DNA of 64,000 bases from NCBI GenBank assembly GCA_016212665.1, contig JACREZ010000002.1:15509-79508 (forward strand). The letters run 5' to 3'. The position numbers were made by a program, and so were the translations under genes. This DNA is from Ignavibacteriota bacterium (GTDB lineage: Bacteria; Bacteroidota; Ignavibacteria; UBA10030; SZUA-254). Under the pieces are notes generated by a model. That model did not search any database. It saw only the letters and a list, made by a program, of their open reading frames with translations, and had not been told where the DNA came from. This document shows positions 18,477 to 27,933 of this stretch, one piece after another; position 1 is the first letter of the stretch, and each line of letters begins with the position of its first letter.

Positions 18477-21400
18477 ATGATAAATAGAATCATTGATTTT
18501 GCATTAACACAACGAGTGCTCATTGTTGCATTAGCAATTCTTGTAGCAGTCATCGGCATCTACTCGTTAAATGAAATTCCGATAGATGCTTTTCCCGATG
18601 TTACCAACGTTCAGGTACAAATTATTTCCGAAGCGCCGGGACTTTCTCCGGTTGAAGTCGAAAAGTTAGTAACATTTCCCATCGAAATCGCGATGAACGG
18701 ACTTCCGCGATTGACGGAAGTTCGTTCTATCTCAAAATTCGGTCTCACGGTTGTCACTGTCGTCTTTGAAGATGGTGTTGATATCTACTTTGCGCGGCAG
18801 TTGGTGTTTGAACGATTGCAAGGCGTGAAGGAATCGCTTCCACCGACAGTCCCGGAACCTGAAATGGGTCCCATCGCGAGCGGTATGGGAGAAATCTATC
18901 AGTACTTTCTTGAAAGCGACAGTCTCGACATTATGGGTCTGCGAACGATTCAGGATTGGTATATTAAACCGCAGTTGCGAACCGTTCCCGGAGTTACGGA
19001 GGTGAACAGTTTCGGAGGACTTGTCAAGCAATATCACATCCTCGTCGAGCCGTCAAAATTATTGAGCTACAATTTAACGCTCGATGAAGTGTTTGAATCG
19101 GTAGAAAAAAATAATTCGGTTGCAGGAGGAAATTATCTCGAACATGCGTCAGAGCAATATATTATTCGGGGAATCGGTCTTGCACAAACCGCGCGCGACC
19201 TTGAAAACATCGTTGTAAAAAATGAACATGGAACTCCGGTGTATCTAAAACATGTCGCGCAGGTAACTGTCGGTCCGGAAATCCGTCAAGGCGCAGTTGT
19301 CATGCAGGGACGAGGAGAGGTCTCCGCCGCAATCGTGATGATGTTGAAAGGTGAAAACAGCAGAAAAGTCATCGAACGCGTGAAAACAAAGATTGATGAA
19401 ATTAACAAGTCCTTACCGCCACACGTGAAAGTCCATCCTTATTATGACCAAACGGACTTGGTGGAGAAAACAATCACGACAGTGAAAACAAATTTGCTCG
19501 AAGGCGGATTGTTAGTCGTGGTAGTGTTGCTTATGTTTCTCGGTGATTTCCGCGGCGCGATGATTGTTGCTTCGACCATTCCTCTCTCCATGCTTTGCGC
19601 GTTTATCGGAATGAAATGGCTTGGTTTATCTGCAAATCTCATGAGTCTCGGCGCAATTGATTTCGGAATGATTGTTGACGGTTCTGTAGTCATGGTAGAA
19701 AACTTTGAGCGTAAATTGCTTCACCATAGCGGGCAACACACGAAACTTCAACTCATTCAGGATGCGGCGAAAGAAGTCGGCAGACCGATTCTTTTTGGCA
19801 TTCTCATCATCATCGCCGTCTATATCCCAATTCTCACCTTGCAAGGAATTGAAGGAAAAATGTTTGCGCCGATGGCATTGACAGTCGGGATGGCGTTACT
19901 CGGTTCACTTATTCTGACACTCACCTTTGTTCCTGTTCTCAGTTCGTACTTCCTCAAAGAGAAGAAATCTCATAAGGAACCTCGACTTATCCATTGGATT
20001 CGACTTGTGTACACGCCGCTTCTTGAACGCGCACTGAAACATAAGTTCCTTGTTTTGCTTGGCGCGTTGCTCGTTCTTGCGATTTCATTTGCTGTTGTTC
20101 CGTTCCTCGGAACAGAGTTTATTCCTGAACTTGATGAAGGTTCGATTCTCATTCAACCGATACGGATGCCGAGTATTTCACTCACCGAATCAATCGAAAT
20201 AGAAAAGAAAGTTCAACAAATCATTATGCAATTTCCTGAAGTCGAGTTTGTGGTTGGTCGTCTTGGTCGCCCCGATATCGCAACCGACCCGATGGGTGTG
20301 AACCTCAGCGATATTTATGTCACACTGAAACCTAAATCGGAATGGAAAACTGCCGGGACAAAAGAAGAACTCGTTGAAAAGATGGTGGAAGAATTGAAGC
20401 ACATTCCCGGTGTAAACTACAACATCACACAGCCGATTGCCATGCGTGTGGATGAACTTGTTTCCGGTGTGAAGTCTGATATTGCCATCAAACTGTTCGG
20501 CACTGATTTGAATATGTTGAAAGAAAAAGCAGACCGCATAGCCGATGTCGTTCGTACCGTCAATGGCGCGGTTGATGTTTCGATTGAGCAAACCTCAGGA
20601 CAAACGTATTTGAATATTTATGTTGACAGAGATGCAATTGCTCGTTATGGACTGAATGTTGCTGATGTTCAGCGTGTTATTGAGATTGCGATCGGAGGAA
20701 AAACCGCTACCGAGATGTTTGAAGGACAAGCGCGGTTTGCAGTACTTGTTCGTTACCCTGAAAACAACCGGGGTGATATTCAATCAATTGAAAATACTCT
20801 TGTGAGTTTACCGGGCGGAGGAAACGTTCCGTTAAAACAAGTTGCTCGCATTGTTGCGGAAGAAGGACCCGTTCAAGTAAGCCGTGAATACGGACAACGG
20901 CGAATCGTCATCGAGTGTAATGTGCGTGGCACCGATATAGGAACGTTCGTCGCAGAAGCAAAGAAGAAGATTGAATCTTCCGTTCAACTTCCAACAGGTT
21001 ACTATATTACGTGGGGAGGACAATTTGAAAATCAGCAAAGCGCGATGCAACGATTAACGATTGTCCTTCCGCTTTCCATCTTTATTATTTTCGTATTGCT
21101 CTTTACAACCTTCGGGAATATCCGGCACTCGATGTTGATTCTGTTAAACCTTCCCTTTGCTCTAAGCGGAGGAATCTTCGCGCTCCTTCTTCGTGATTTG
21201 AACCTGAGTGTCTCTGCCTCCATCGGATTTATCGCTTTGTTTGGAGTTGCAGTCTTAAACGGGATTGTCCTCATTTCCTACATCAATCAGTTAGTGAAAG
21301 AAGGACATGATTTAAACATAGCGATTATCAAAGGCGCATCAGACCGACTACGCCCCGTTCTTATGACTGCGCTTGTTGCAAGCCTCGGCTTTATCCCGAT

Positions 21401-21554
21401 GGCACTTTCGCACGGAACGGGCGCGGAAGTGCAACGACCTCTGGCAACAGTTGTTATCGGTGGATTAGTAACATCAACATTGTTGACATTATTTGTCCTC
21501 CCGATTTTATTTCAGTGGATTGAAGGGAAAAAGATAAAAAATAACAAAAGATGA
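18477..21554 (+). CDS. czcA: Heavy-metal efflux RND transporter, CzcA/CusA (HME) family
   Basis: 1025 aa. N-terminus MINRIIDFALTQRVLIVALAILVAVIGIYSLNEIPIDAFPDVTNVQVQI is diagnostic of HME-RND pumps. 12-TM architecture with two large periplasmic loops. Confidence 0.9.
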   Translation: MINRIIDFALTQRVLIVALAILVAVIGIYSLNEIPIDAFPDVTNVQVQIISEAPGLSPVEVEKLVTFPIEIAMNGLPRLTEVRSISKFGLTVVTVVFEDGVDIYFARQLVFERLQGVKESLPPTVPEPEMGPIASGMGEIYQYFLESDSLDIMGLRTIQDWYIKPQLRTVPGVTEVNSFGGLVKQYHILVEPSKLLSYNLTLDEVFESVEKNNSVAGGNYLEHASEQYIIRGIGLAQTARDLENIVVKNEHGTPVYLKHVAQVTVGPEIRQGAVVMQGRGEVSAAIVMMLKGENSRKVIERVKTKIDEINKSLPPHVKVHPYYDQTDLVEKTITTVKTNLLEGGLLVVVVLLMFLGDFRGAMIVASTIPLSMLCAFIGMKWLGLSANLMSLGAIDFGMIVDGSVVMVENFERKLLHHSGQHTKLQLIQDAAKEVGRPILFGILIIIAVYIPILTLQGIEGKMFAPMALTVGMALLGSLILTLTFVPVLSSYFLKEKKSHKEPRLIHWIRLVYTPLLERALKHKFLVLLGALLVLAISFAVVPFLGTEFIPELDEGSILIQPIRMPSISLTESIEIEKKVQQIIMQFPEVEFVVGRLGRPDIATDPMGVNLSDIYVTLKPKSEWKTAGTKEELVEKMVEELKHIPGVNYNITQPIAMRVDELVSGVKSDIAIKLFGTDLNMLKEKADRIADVVRTVNGAVDVSIEQTSGQTYLNIYVDRDAIARYGLNVADVQRVIEIAIGGKTATEMFEGQARFAVLVRYPENNRGDIQSIENTLVSLPGGGNVPLKQVARIVAEEGPVQVSREYGQRRIVIECNVRGTDIGTFVAEAKKKIESSVQLPTGYYITWGGQFENQQSAMQRLTIVLPLSIFIIFVLLFTTFGNIRHSMLILLNLPFALSGGIFALLLRDLNLSVSASIGFIALFGVAVLNGIVLISYINQLVKEGHDLNIAIIKGASDRLRPVLMTALVASLGFIPMALSHGTGAEVQRPLATVVIGGLVTSTLLTLFVLPILFQWIEGKKIKNNKR

Positions 21555-21564
21555 AGCTTTGAAA

Positions 21565-21603
21565 AGCGGGCTACTTACAGTCAGTAGCCCGCTATTTTTA
21601 TTT
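21565..21603 (+). terminator. Rho-independent terminator (may act in both directions)
   Basis: agcgggctact...agtagcccgct followed by atttttatttc. It lies between the convergent czcA and HD-domain genes. Confidence 0.7.
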
Positions 21604-22149
21604 CAGTCCAAGGTCTGAGGCAATCCCCTTCATCGCATCAATCACAAATTGAATATGTTCGTCGAGCGGAATACCTAATTCTGCCGTCCCTTGTGTAATG
21701 TCATCGCGATTAACATTGCGGGCGAACGCTTTGTCTTTCAGTTTCTTTTTGACAGATGACACTTCGAGGTCGGCAATTTTATTCGGTCTGACTAACGAAC
21801 ACGCCATAATAAACCCGCACAGTTCGTCGCTCGCATACAACACTTTTGCCATGAGAGATTCACGCGCTACACCAGTGTACGTTGCATGTCCCAAAATCGC
21901 TGTTCTGATTTCTTCGCTGTATCCTTTCTCCTTCAATATCTCCGAACCTTTGAGCGGGTGGTCGGGCGGGTCAGGATACATTTCGTAATCAAAATCATGA
22001 AGCAAGCCGGTGATGCCCCAAATCTCCTCATCCTCGTTGTACTTGCGCGCATACGCACGCATTGCCGCTTCCACTGAATACATGTGTTTCAGGAGAGCAT
22101 CGTTCTTGGTGTATTCTTGTAAAAGTTGAAGTGCGTCTGTTCTGTTCAT
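21598..22149 (-). CDS. HD-domain (HDIG) phosphohydrolase
   Basis: H...HD motif (GLLHDFDYEMYPD) and the remaining metal ligands (LGHATYTG, YASDELCGF). Confidence 0.75.
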   Translation of the reverse strand: MNRTDALQLLQEYTKNDALLKHMYSVEAAMRAYARKYNEDEEIWGITGLLHDFDYEMYPDPPDHPLKGSEILKEKGYSEEIRTAILGHATYTGVARESLMAKVLYASDELCGFIMACSLVRPNKIADLEVSSVKKKLKDKAFARNVNRDDITQGTAELGIPLDEHIQFVIDAMKGIASDLGLK

Positions 22150-22207
22150 ACTGATATGTTGTCAGGTGATTTTGTGTTGATTGTTCTTGTTGATATATTC
22201 AGCCACG

Positions 22208-22462
22208 ATGATTATTACCGCATTAGCCGTTGCATTCTTAGTTCTTCTGATATTCGCCGCATATTTCGGGAGGATGGCATTACTTCAAAAACCCGCTCAT
22301 CCCGACGATGTCTTCTCCGAAAAGTGTTCGGTGTGCAGAGAAAAATTCCATAAATCAAAACTCGTCGAACGGCAAATCGGCGACTACAAAATGTTGTACT
22401 TTTGCAAAACGTGCGTGGAGAAGTTGGCGAAAGAAGTTCAATCCAACATTACAAGCACCTGA
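22208..22462 (+). CDS. Small membrane-anchored zinc-ribbon protein (one TM helix plus CxxC...CxxC)
   Basis: MIITALAVAFLVLLIFAAYF TM segment followed by CSVCREKF...YFCKTCVEKL. ATG at 22208 lies in-frame inside the TTG-start ORF 22181..22462. Confidence 0.45.
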   Translation: MIITALAVAFLVLLIFAAYFGRMALLQKPAHPDDVFSEKCSVCREKFHKSKLVERQIGDYKMLYFCKTCVEKLAKEVQSNITST

Positions 22463-23080
22463 TTGCAGAATCATCGAGATTTTCCCCAATTGTAGTACAG
22501 ACCTGCCTGCCGCAGGCATGGAATCCTTTTCTGTCCTGACTCTTCTGACAGGCAAGAATGCCTGTCCAACATACTTTTTCTTCGAACTCTTCTCCTCTTT
22601 ATCGAGGAACTCCTCAAACTTCATTTTTTCGTAGTGGTCTTCACCGAGGAACTTGAGAATTTTGAGGAAGCGCTCAGGCTCAACATAGCCGCCCAACTTG
22701 GTAATCATATCTGAATCTGCCTTCAGAAAAACAATCGTTGGATATCCTGTAGCGCCGAATCCTTGTGCAAGTTGCGCCTCCGTATATTCTTTCCCCTTGA
22801 ACTTAAATTTCTTCGAAGATTCCGCATTAATCTTAATGGAGACATAATTGTTTCCGAGATACTTTGCAACGTCTTTGTTCGCGTATACTTCTTTATCAAG
22901 TTTCTTACACCAGCCGCACCAATCGGTGTAAATATCGAGCATAATTTTTTTGTTTGATTTCTTTGCTTGCTCGATTCCTTCCTCAAATGACGACCAGGAA
23001 GTTTCAACTTTCTTCTCTGTCTTATCGTCCGGGGTGAACATAAAACTCAATGCTAATAAACTTAAAATGAACAAACTCAT
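22355..23080 (-). CDS. Secreted thioredoxin-fold protein (WCGWC active site) with an unusually long C-terminal extension
   Basis: Signal peptide MSLFILSLLALSFMF. DIYTDWCGWCKKLDKEVY thioredoxin motif. The last ~65 aa are encoded by hairpin-containing DNA that overlaps the convergent small ORF. Confidence 0.7.
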   Translation of the reverse strand: MSLFILSLLALSFMFTPDDKTEKKVETSWSSFEEGIEQAKKSNKKIMLDIYTDWCGWCKKLDKEVYANKDVAKYLGNNYVSIKINAESSKKFKFKGKEYTEAQLAQGFGATGYPTIVFLKADSDMITKLGGYVEPERFLKILKFLGEDHYEKMKFEEFLDKEEKSSKKKYVGQAFLPVRRVRTEKDSMPAAGRSVLQLGKISMILQSGACNVGLNFFRQLLHARFAKVQHFVVADLPFDEF

Positions 23081-23098
23081 ACATGATTCCTTTGTAAT

Positions 23099-23998
23099 TT
23101 AGAACAACACGCCAACGGTGAACGTGTGAGTAGAACCCAAATCGGATTTATCGGGACCGAACGCATAATCGAGCGTAAACATGTTTTGCCTGAAGCCGAT
23201 TCCCGTTGTGATACTCTTCGATTCATACCCTGATTGAAAGCCGCCTCGTAATGCAATCATTTTTTGAAATTCAAACTCAGCCCCGATGTGTACATGGGCA
23301 GTCCCCTCATTCTTCACTGAAACAATTTCTGTGGCGAGAGTGATATTCCCTTCAATCTTCTCTAACGGTATTTCATACGCGCCGCCGAAGCGATACGTTG
23401 TTGGCAACGTTGACGCAATGGTATGCAACTCGTTCATCGAACCGAGATTATCAACAACGAAGCCGAGGCGAACCTCCCATGGAGTCATGTAGGTTCCGCC
23501 TATGTTTATTCCATAGCCGGTTGCTTCATCAACATAAATTTTTTCATAAAGATAATTTGCCGTGAATCCTAAACTCAATTCATCTGAAAACCTATACGCG
23601 CCTGCCATTCCTATTGATGCGTTCTTCGCGTCGAACGTCCCTTCTGCTGCGCCGGGGGTGCTTCTAATTTCAATATCGGAAACGCTAAGAGAATGAAGGC
23701 CGAATGCTAACGTAACATCATCCAGCGGAACTGAAACGCCAAGAAACTCAGAACGGGTATCCTGAAATAATTCTCTGTGTGAAAATACAGCCTGAACGGA
23801 TTGAGATTGTGTCAGCGAAGCAGGATTGTAGTTCATTGCAAACGGCTCTGCACCAATGACGGAATACGCTTCGCCCATACTGACGGCTTTGCCACCGACA
23901 CCGAATTTGAGAAACGATAAACCGGTTCCTCCTGCCTGAGCAAGAACAAACTGAAAACTAATTCCAAGCAGGATAACAATTGAAATAATTCTTTTCAT
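23099..23998 (-). CDS. PorQ/PorV-family (UPF0164-like) outer-membrane beta-barrel, T9SS-associated
   Basis: Signal peptide followed by GTGLSFLKFGVGGKAVSMGEAYSVIGAEPFAMNYNPASL, matching the G-x-FL-x-GARAxAMG...NPAGL hallmark of the PorV/PorQ family. C-terminal aromatic beta-barrel terminus (VGVLF). Confidence 0.65.
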   Translation of the reverse strand: MKRIISIVILLGISFQFVLAQAGGTGLSFLKFGVGGKAVSMGEAYSVIGAEPFAMNYNPASLTQSQSVQAVFSHRELFQDTRSEFLGVSVPLDDVTLAFGLHSLSVSDIEIRSTPGAAEGTFDAKNASIGMAGAYRFSDELSLGFTANYLYEKIYVDEATGYGINIGGTYMTPWEVRLGFVVDNLGSMNELHTIASTLPTTYRFGGAYEIPLEKIEGNITLATEIVSVKNEGTAHVHIGAEFEFQKMIALRGGFQSGYESKSITTGIGFRQNMFTLDYAFGPDKSDLGSTHTFTVGVLF

Positions 23999-24001
23999 AA
24001 A

Positions 24002-24949
24002 TTAAAACGTTGTCGAAAGGGTAATGACATGAATATCGTGCGAAGAAAACGGCTCGAAGACAAATGCGTATGTCAGAGCAGGAGTCCAATCTCCGAATGC
24101 CCGACGGGCAGAAAATCCGAACGATGGTTTCGCACCGGTTGCATCATCGCCGAAATCGTATCTATCAAATCCGCCGCGAACGCTAATGTTCTCGTGGACT
24201 GCGTATTCAATTCCCGCACGGAATGCGTTCGTACTCGCCGATGTGTTTTCATATTCAAGAGAAATAATTGCACCGGCTTCTTTCCAATGATACGCGGCTC
24301 CGAACTTTCTCACCATCGGAAATTTATCTTTGGAATTCTTTCCGTTGAGCGAGCCATAGACCGGTGTTGTGTTCCAATTATATTTTGAATTGATGTCTGA
24401 AACTGATGCACCCAGAGTTAACTCCGGTGAGAATTGAAATACTGCGCCAATATCAAACCCGACAGTTGATGAAGAGACCTCTTCAAACAATTTACTGTAA
24501 TACATTTTTACTGTCACACCAAGTGAAAGATTATCCGAGACGCGATTAGCAAAAGCGAGATAAAACTGATTCTCGAACGTGGAATAATCTTCCGTGTGAA
24601 CACCATCGTTGTCCCGTCCGTCAATGTTACTCACACCCGCATTGATAAGTCCAATGGAGAACCCGCCGCGAGGTTCAATCGGTTGTGTGTAACTGAGAAA
24701 ATTCAAACTTCTGTCAAGTGAGAGAATTCCGAAACTTGCAGAGGCGGTACGTTTTTCTGTAAATGGTGCAAGCGCAGGATTGTAATATGTGTTGATGTCT
24801 CCGGTTGCGACTGCCACAAGCGCATTTCCCATTCCCATCCCTCGCGCTCCAAATCCCATCCGTGCAAACGAACCGATATAAGGACTATCAGCCATTGCTT
24901 GAAACATCAAACAACAAACAAACAAAAGCAGAAAGAAAAACTTCTTCAT
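24002..24949 (-). CDS. PorQ/PorV-family outer-membrane beta-barrel, paralogue of the preceding gene
   Basis: GSFARMGFGARGMGMGNALVAVATGDINTYYNPALAP motif. Similar length (315 aa). Ends in ...ITLSTTF. Confidence 0.65.
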   Translation of the reverse strand: MKKFFFLLLFVCCLMFQAMADSPYIGSFARMGFGARGMGMGNALVAVATGDINTYYNPALAPFTEKRTASASFGILSLDRSLNFLSYTQPIEPRGGFSIGLINAGVSNIDGRDNDGVHTEDYSTFENQFYLAFANRVSDNLSLGVTVKMYYSKLFEEVSSSTVGFDIGAVFQFSPELTLGASVSDINSKYNWNTTPVYGSLNGKNSKDKFPMVRKFGAAYHWKEAGAIISLEYENTSASTNAFRAGIEYAVHENISVRGGFDRYDFGDDATGAKPSFGFSARRAFGDWTPALTYAFVFEPFSSHDIHVITLSTTF

Positions 24950-26532
24950 TGTAACACCAAAATCTTTCCGAACTGAGGTTCATCGTTATCAATCACAAGG
25001 CGATAGAAATAAACGCCGTTAGGGACAAGTTCGCCGCCATCGGTTCGTCCGTCCCAAAATTCGTCAAACTCCTGAGCCACAGACCGTTGTGCTTTTGTAA
25101 TTAACGTGCGGACTCGATTCATTCCGAAATCGAAAACCTCAATTGAGACTTCACGATTTCCTGACGCACTTAAATTCGTCGCACCGTAATGTATCCTCAC
25201 AATATTATCAAGCGAAGGCGAATAGGGATTCGGATAGGCATACGTTTCGGCTTTTGTTCCAAGTTGTTGATAAGCACGAAATGCTTTCCACGTTGAACCA
25301 AACAGATGCATGTCATTATCAATTGTCATGACTAATCCGTCATCTGTTCCAATTAATACCGTATCATTGACAACCACGACGCTATATACTTTCGGTGAAG
25401 GTATAGAGACCCGGGGCAATTCATCAACAAAATCTGAAAACTTCTGAAATGAAATTCCCCAATCCGAAGTACGGTAAACACCCAGGTCGGTAGCGATGTA
25501 CACGATGGAATCCTTAAATGCAAAGTCATACGCCTTTACACCATGCAATAAATTTTTCCATGAGAGTCCGCCGTCATCCGTGTAACTTATACCATAATCT
25601 TCTTCGTAATCGTTTGCGCGCCAGTTCGTTGTCCAGATTCTGCTTTTGCCATTCACACGTTGTTCATCAATCGCAATCACCCAATTTCCGAGAATCGGTT
25701 TGGTTTGATTTTGATGCGTTAACCGAACCCAACTTACTCCTGCATCGGTTGATTTATTGACACCGCCAGCCGTTCCGCACCAGATTGTGTCATCATCAAC
25801 GGCAAAAACAGAAAAAGCAAGCATGTTAAAATTTTGCCGTGGGTCAAATCGTGTAAATATTCTTTGCTGACGGAGCGTATCTGACGGCGCATACGTCCAA
25901 AGCGTATCCCATGGAGAAATGCTCATTCTATTATCAAGCGGTAGTAAGATTCGTTCCCATGTTTGCCCGTTATCATATGAACGTCTCAAACTGCTTGACC
26001 AACTTGCAATATACACAGTTCCCGAAGGAGTGATGGAAATATCAAACGTAACATTTTGTTGAGGAACAGTAACCGGAAGAATCCAGACCGAATCATTGAT
26101 TCCGTATTGAATGTATTTTGCATTCGGGTCATCTAATGTTTGCGGAACATAATCCCAACTTATTCCATTATCGAGTGAGAATGTGTACCCGCCGCCGGTT
26201 TGAACACTTCCGCCTTCAATTTCTGTATCGTAGCCGGTCGAAGTCCAAATTGTATTCCCATTCGTTGCTAACGAAAATATTCCGTTGTGTGGAAATTTTG
26301 AATTGCCGCGAAAACTTTGCCATGAATTTCCAAAGTCTGTCGTTCGTGCAAGACCTTTGCTTGTTCCTGTCCATAAATTTCCCGGTTCGTAGCGCATGTA
26401 CGTAACGCTATTGCTCGGAATCAAATGGGAACTGCTCGAACTCGAATCCGACCAAATAACTCTCGGCACATTCATCTGCCCAAACATTGAACCAACGAAT
26501 AGCAAATAACAGATAACTGATAACTTCTTCAC
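24946..26532 (-). CDS. Secreted Asp-box/sortilin-like beta-propeller protein with a T9SS C-terminal sorting domain
   Basis: Signal peptide MKKLSVICYLLFVGSMFG. Asp-box motifs (SLDNGISWD, SYDNGQTWE, STDAGVSWV, TDDGGLSWK). C-terminus YAYPNPYSPSLDNIVRIHY...GVYFYRL resembles a T9SS CTD. Confidence 0.8.
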   Translation of the reverse strand: MKKLSVICYLLFVGSMFGQMNVPRVIWSDSSSSSSHLIPSNSVTYMRYEPGNLWTGTSKGLARTTDFGNSWQSFRGNSKFPHNGIFSLATNGNTIWTSTGYDTEIEGGSVQTGGGYTFSLDNGISWDYVPQTLDDPNAKYIQYGINDSVWILPVTVPQQNVTFDISITPSGTVYIASWSSSLRRSYDNGQTWERILLPLDNRMSISPWDTLWTYAPSDTLRQQRIFTRFDPRQNFNMLAFSVFAVDDDTIWCGTAGGVNKSTDAGVSWVRLTHQNQTKPILGNWVIAIDEQRVNGKSRIWTTNWRANDYEEDYGISYTDDGGLSWKNLLHGVKAYDFAFKDSIVYIATDLGVYRTSDWGISFQKFSDFVDELPRVSIPSPKVYSVVVVNDTVLIGTDDGLVMTIDNDMHLFGSTWKAFRAYQQLGTKAETYAYPNPYSPSLDNIVRIHYGATNLSASGNREVSIEVFDFGMNRVRTLITKAQRSVAQEFDEFWDGRTDGGELVPNGVYFYRLVIDNDEPQFGKILVLQ

Positions 26533-27437
26533 GGTTGCCTCACAATCATTGTATGTAAAATCTTATTACTCATTACACCAAGTTGGTCAACAGCAACAAA
26601 CTCGAACCGATATGATTGTGGCGGTGTGTTCCATGGTAACTGGAATCTGCCGGAGTACACGCCATCTGCCGATACCGAATCATACTTCACATCGTTTTTA
26701 ATTCCATCATCAAACAATAGAAATTGTTTATTCGTGTCGCTTGGTGAATCGAGATTTCGGAAATAGACTTTTTCTATGTCTGCTTTTCCGTCTGCATCTG
26801 TAACATTCACATGCATCACAAATAACACAGAATACGGACTTGGAGGAAGTGTCACGGTATCAGGCGCAACGAGATTGGAAATTACCGGTGCGTTGCTGCT
26901 TCTCACAACCCTCAGCCGATGAATGATGGTGTTACTCGTCATTCCTGCTTTGTCACTTGCACTCAAACGAACAGAGAAATTTCCTACCTGCACTCGTTTG
27001 ATTTGAATCGAAACTGTTCCGGTGAAAATATTATCCGTTGTTGAAGTATCGGGGAATACTCCGTTGTTGAACAATCGCACAGTTGCCAACGTTGATGTAG
27101 AAGTAGGAGAGAGGATTTCACACTGAACGGTTTTCAGTGTGCCGTTACCATCGGGATGCGTAGCCTTCCCGGAAACCACGAATGTCAGAGTAATTAAATC
27201 ATTCGGTGAGGGCGTTCCTCCTACAAGTATTGAGTCAGTATCAATGACATCAGGCGTAACCGCGATGTTACTGACAAACGGCGCGTTCAATTGAACGTCA
27301 AGCGGATTTTCTTTTTTCTGTTCGCATGCGATTATCAATAAACTCAGCATTGCGATAAGAAAATAATTGATATGCGTTTTCAAATTATTTGTTCTTTTAT
27401 TCTTCAGAATTGTATTGGATGATACTATAAACATCAT
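26529..27437 (-). CDS. Lipoprotein with tandem Ig-like (Big-type) beta-sandwich domains
   Basis: Lipobox LLIIAC. Repeated ...TLTFVVSGKATHPDG / ...VNVTDADGKADIEKVYF segments look like Ig-like folds. The 5' end overlaps apt by about 40 nt. Confidence 0.6.
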   Translation of the reverse strand: MMFIVSSNTILKNKRTNNLKTHINYFLIAMLSLLIIACEQKKENPLDVQLNAPFVSNIAVTPDVIDTDSILVGGTPSPNDLITLTFVVSGKATHPDGNGTLKTVQCEILSPTSTSTLATVRLFNNGVFPDTSTTDNIFTGTVSIQIKRVQVGNFSVRLSASDKAGMTSNTIIHRLRVVRSSNAPVISNLVAPDTVTLPPSPYSVLFVMHVNVTDADGKADIEKVYFRNLDSPSDTNKQFLLFDDGIKNDVKYDSVSADGVYSGRFQLPWNTPPQSYRFEFVAVDQLGVMSNKILHTMIVRQP

Positions 27438-27933
27438 ATTCCCGTAATCGTTCCCGGGCTTTCAGGAATGTTAGTTCAACTAAAAAGGCAAGACTGATTA
27501 TCTCTCCCCCAAGACGTTTCACCAATTTACAAGTTGCTTCGACTGTTCCTCCCGTCGCAAGTAAATCGTCAACAATCAGAACCCGTTCCCCTTTGCTAAT
27601 TGCGTCTGTGTGAATTTCCAACGCGTCCGTTCCATATTCAAGTTGATACTCTTCTTTGATAGTTGACGAAGGGAGTTTCTTTGGTTTTCTCACTGGTACA
27701 AATCCCGCTCCGAGACGATAAGCAAGTACGCTTCCGAAAATAAATCCACGGGATTCCACACTCGCTATCTTATCAATCTTCTCGGATTTGTATCGCTCAT
27801 AGAGGACATCAATCGCTTGAGTGAACGCTTGCTTATCTTTCAACAGCGTTGTGATGTCGCGGAACATGATTCCCTTCTTTGGAAAATCCGGGATGTTCCG
27901 AATCGAAGTGCGTAATGATTCTCTGTTCACCAT
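27397..27933 (-). CDS. apt: Adenine phosphoribosyltransferase
   Basis: IRNIPDFPKKGIMFRDITTLL and the PRPP-binding motif VLIVDDLLATGGT. Confidence 0.9.
   Translation of the reverse strand: MVNRESLRTSIRNIPDFPKKGIMFRDITTLLKDKQAFTQAIDVLYERYKSEKIDKIASVESRGFIFGSVLAYRLGAGFVPVRKPKKLPSSTIKEEYQLEYGTDALEIHTDAISKGERVLIVDDLLATGGTVEATCKLVKRLGGEIISLAFLVELTFLKARERLREYDVYSIIQYNSEE

Noticed and set aside
20190-20591. 133-aa antisense ORF inside czcA
   Set aside because: Antisense to a confidently identified RND pump gene. No features.
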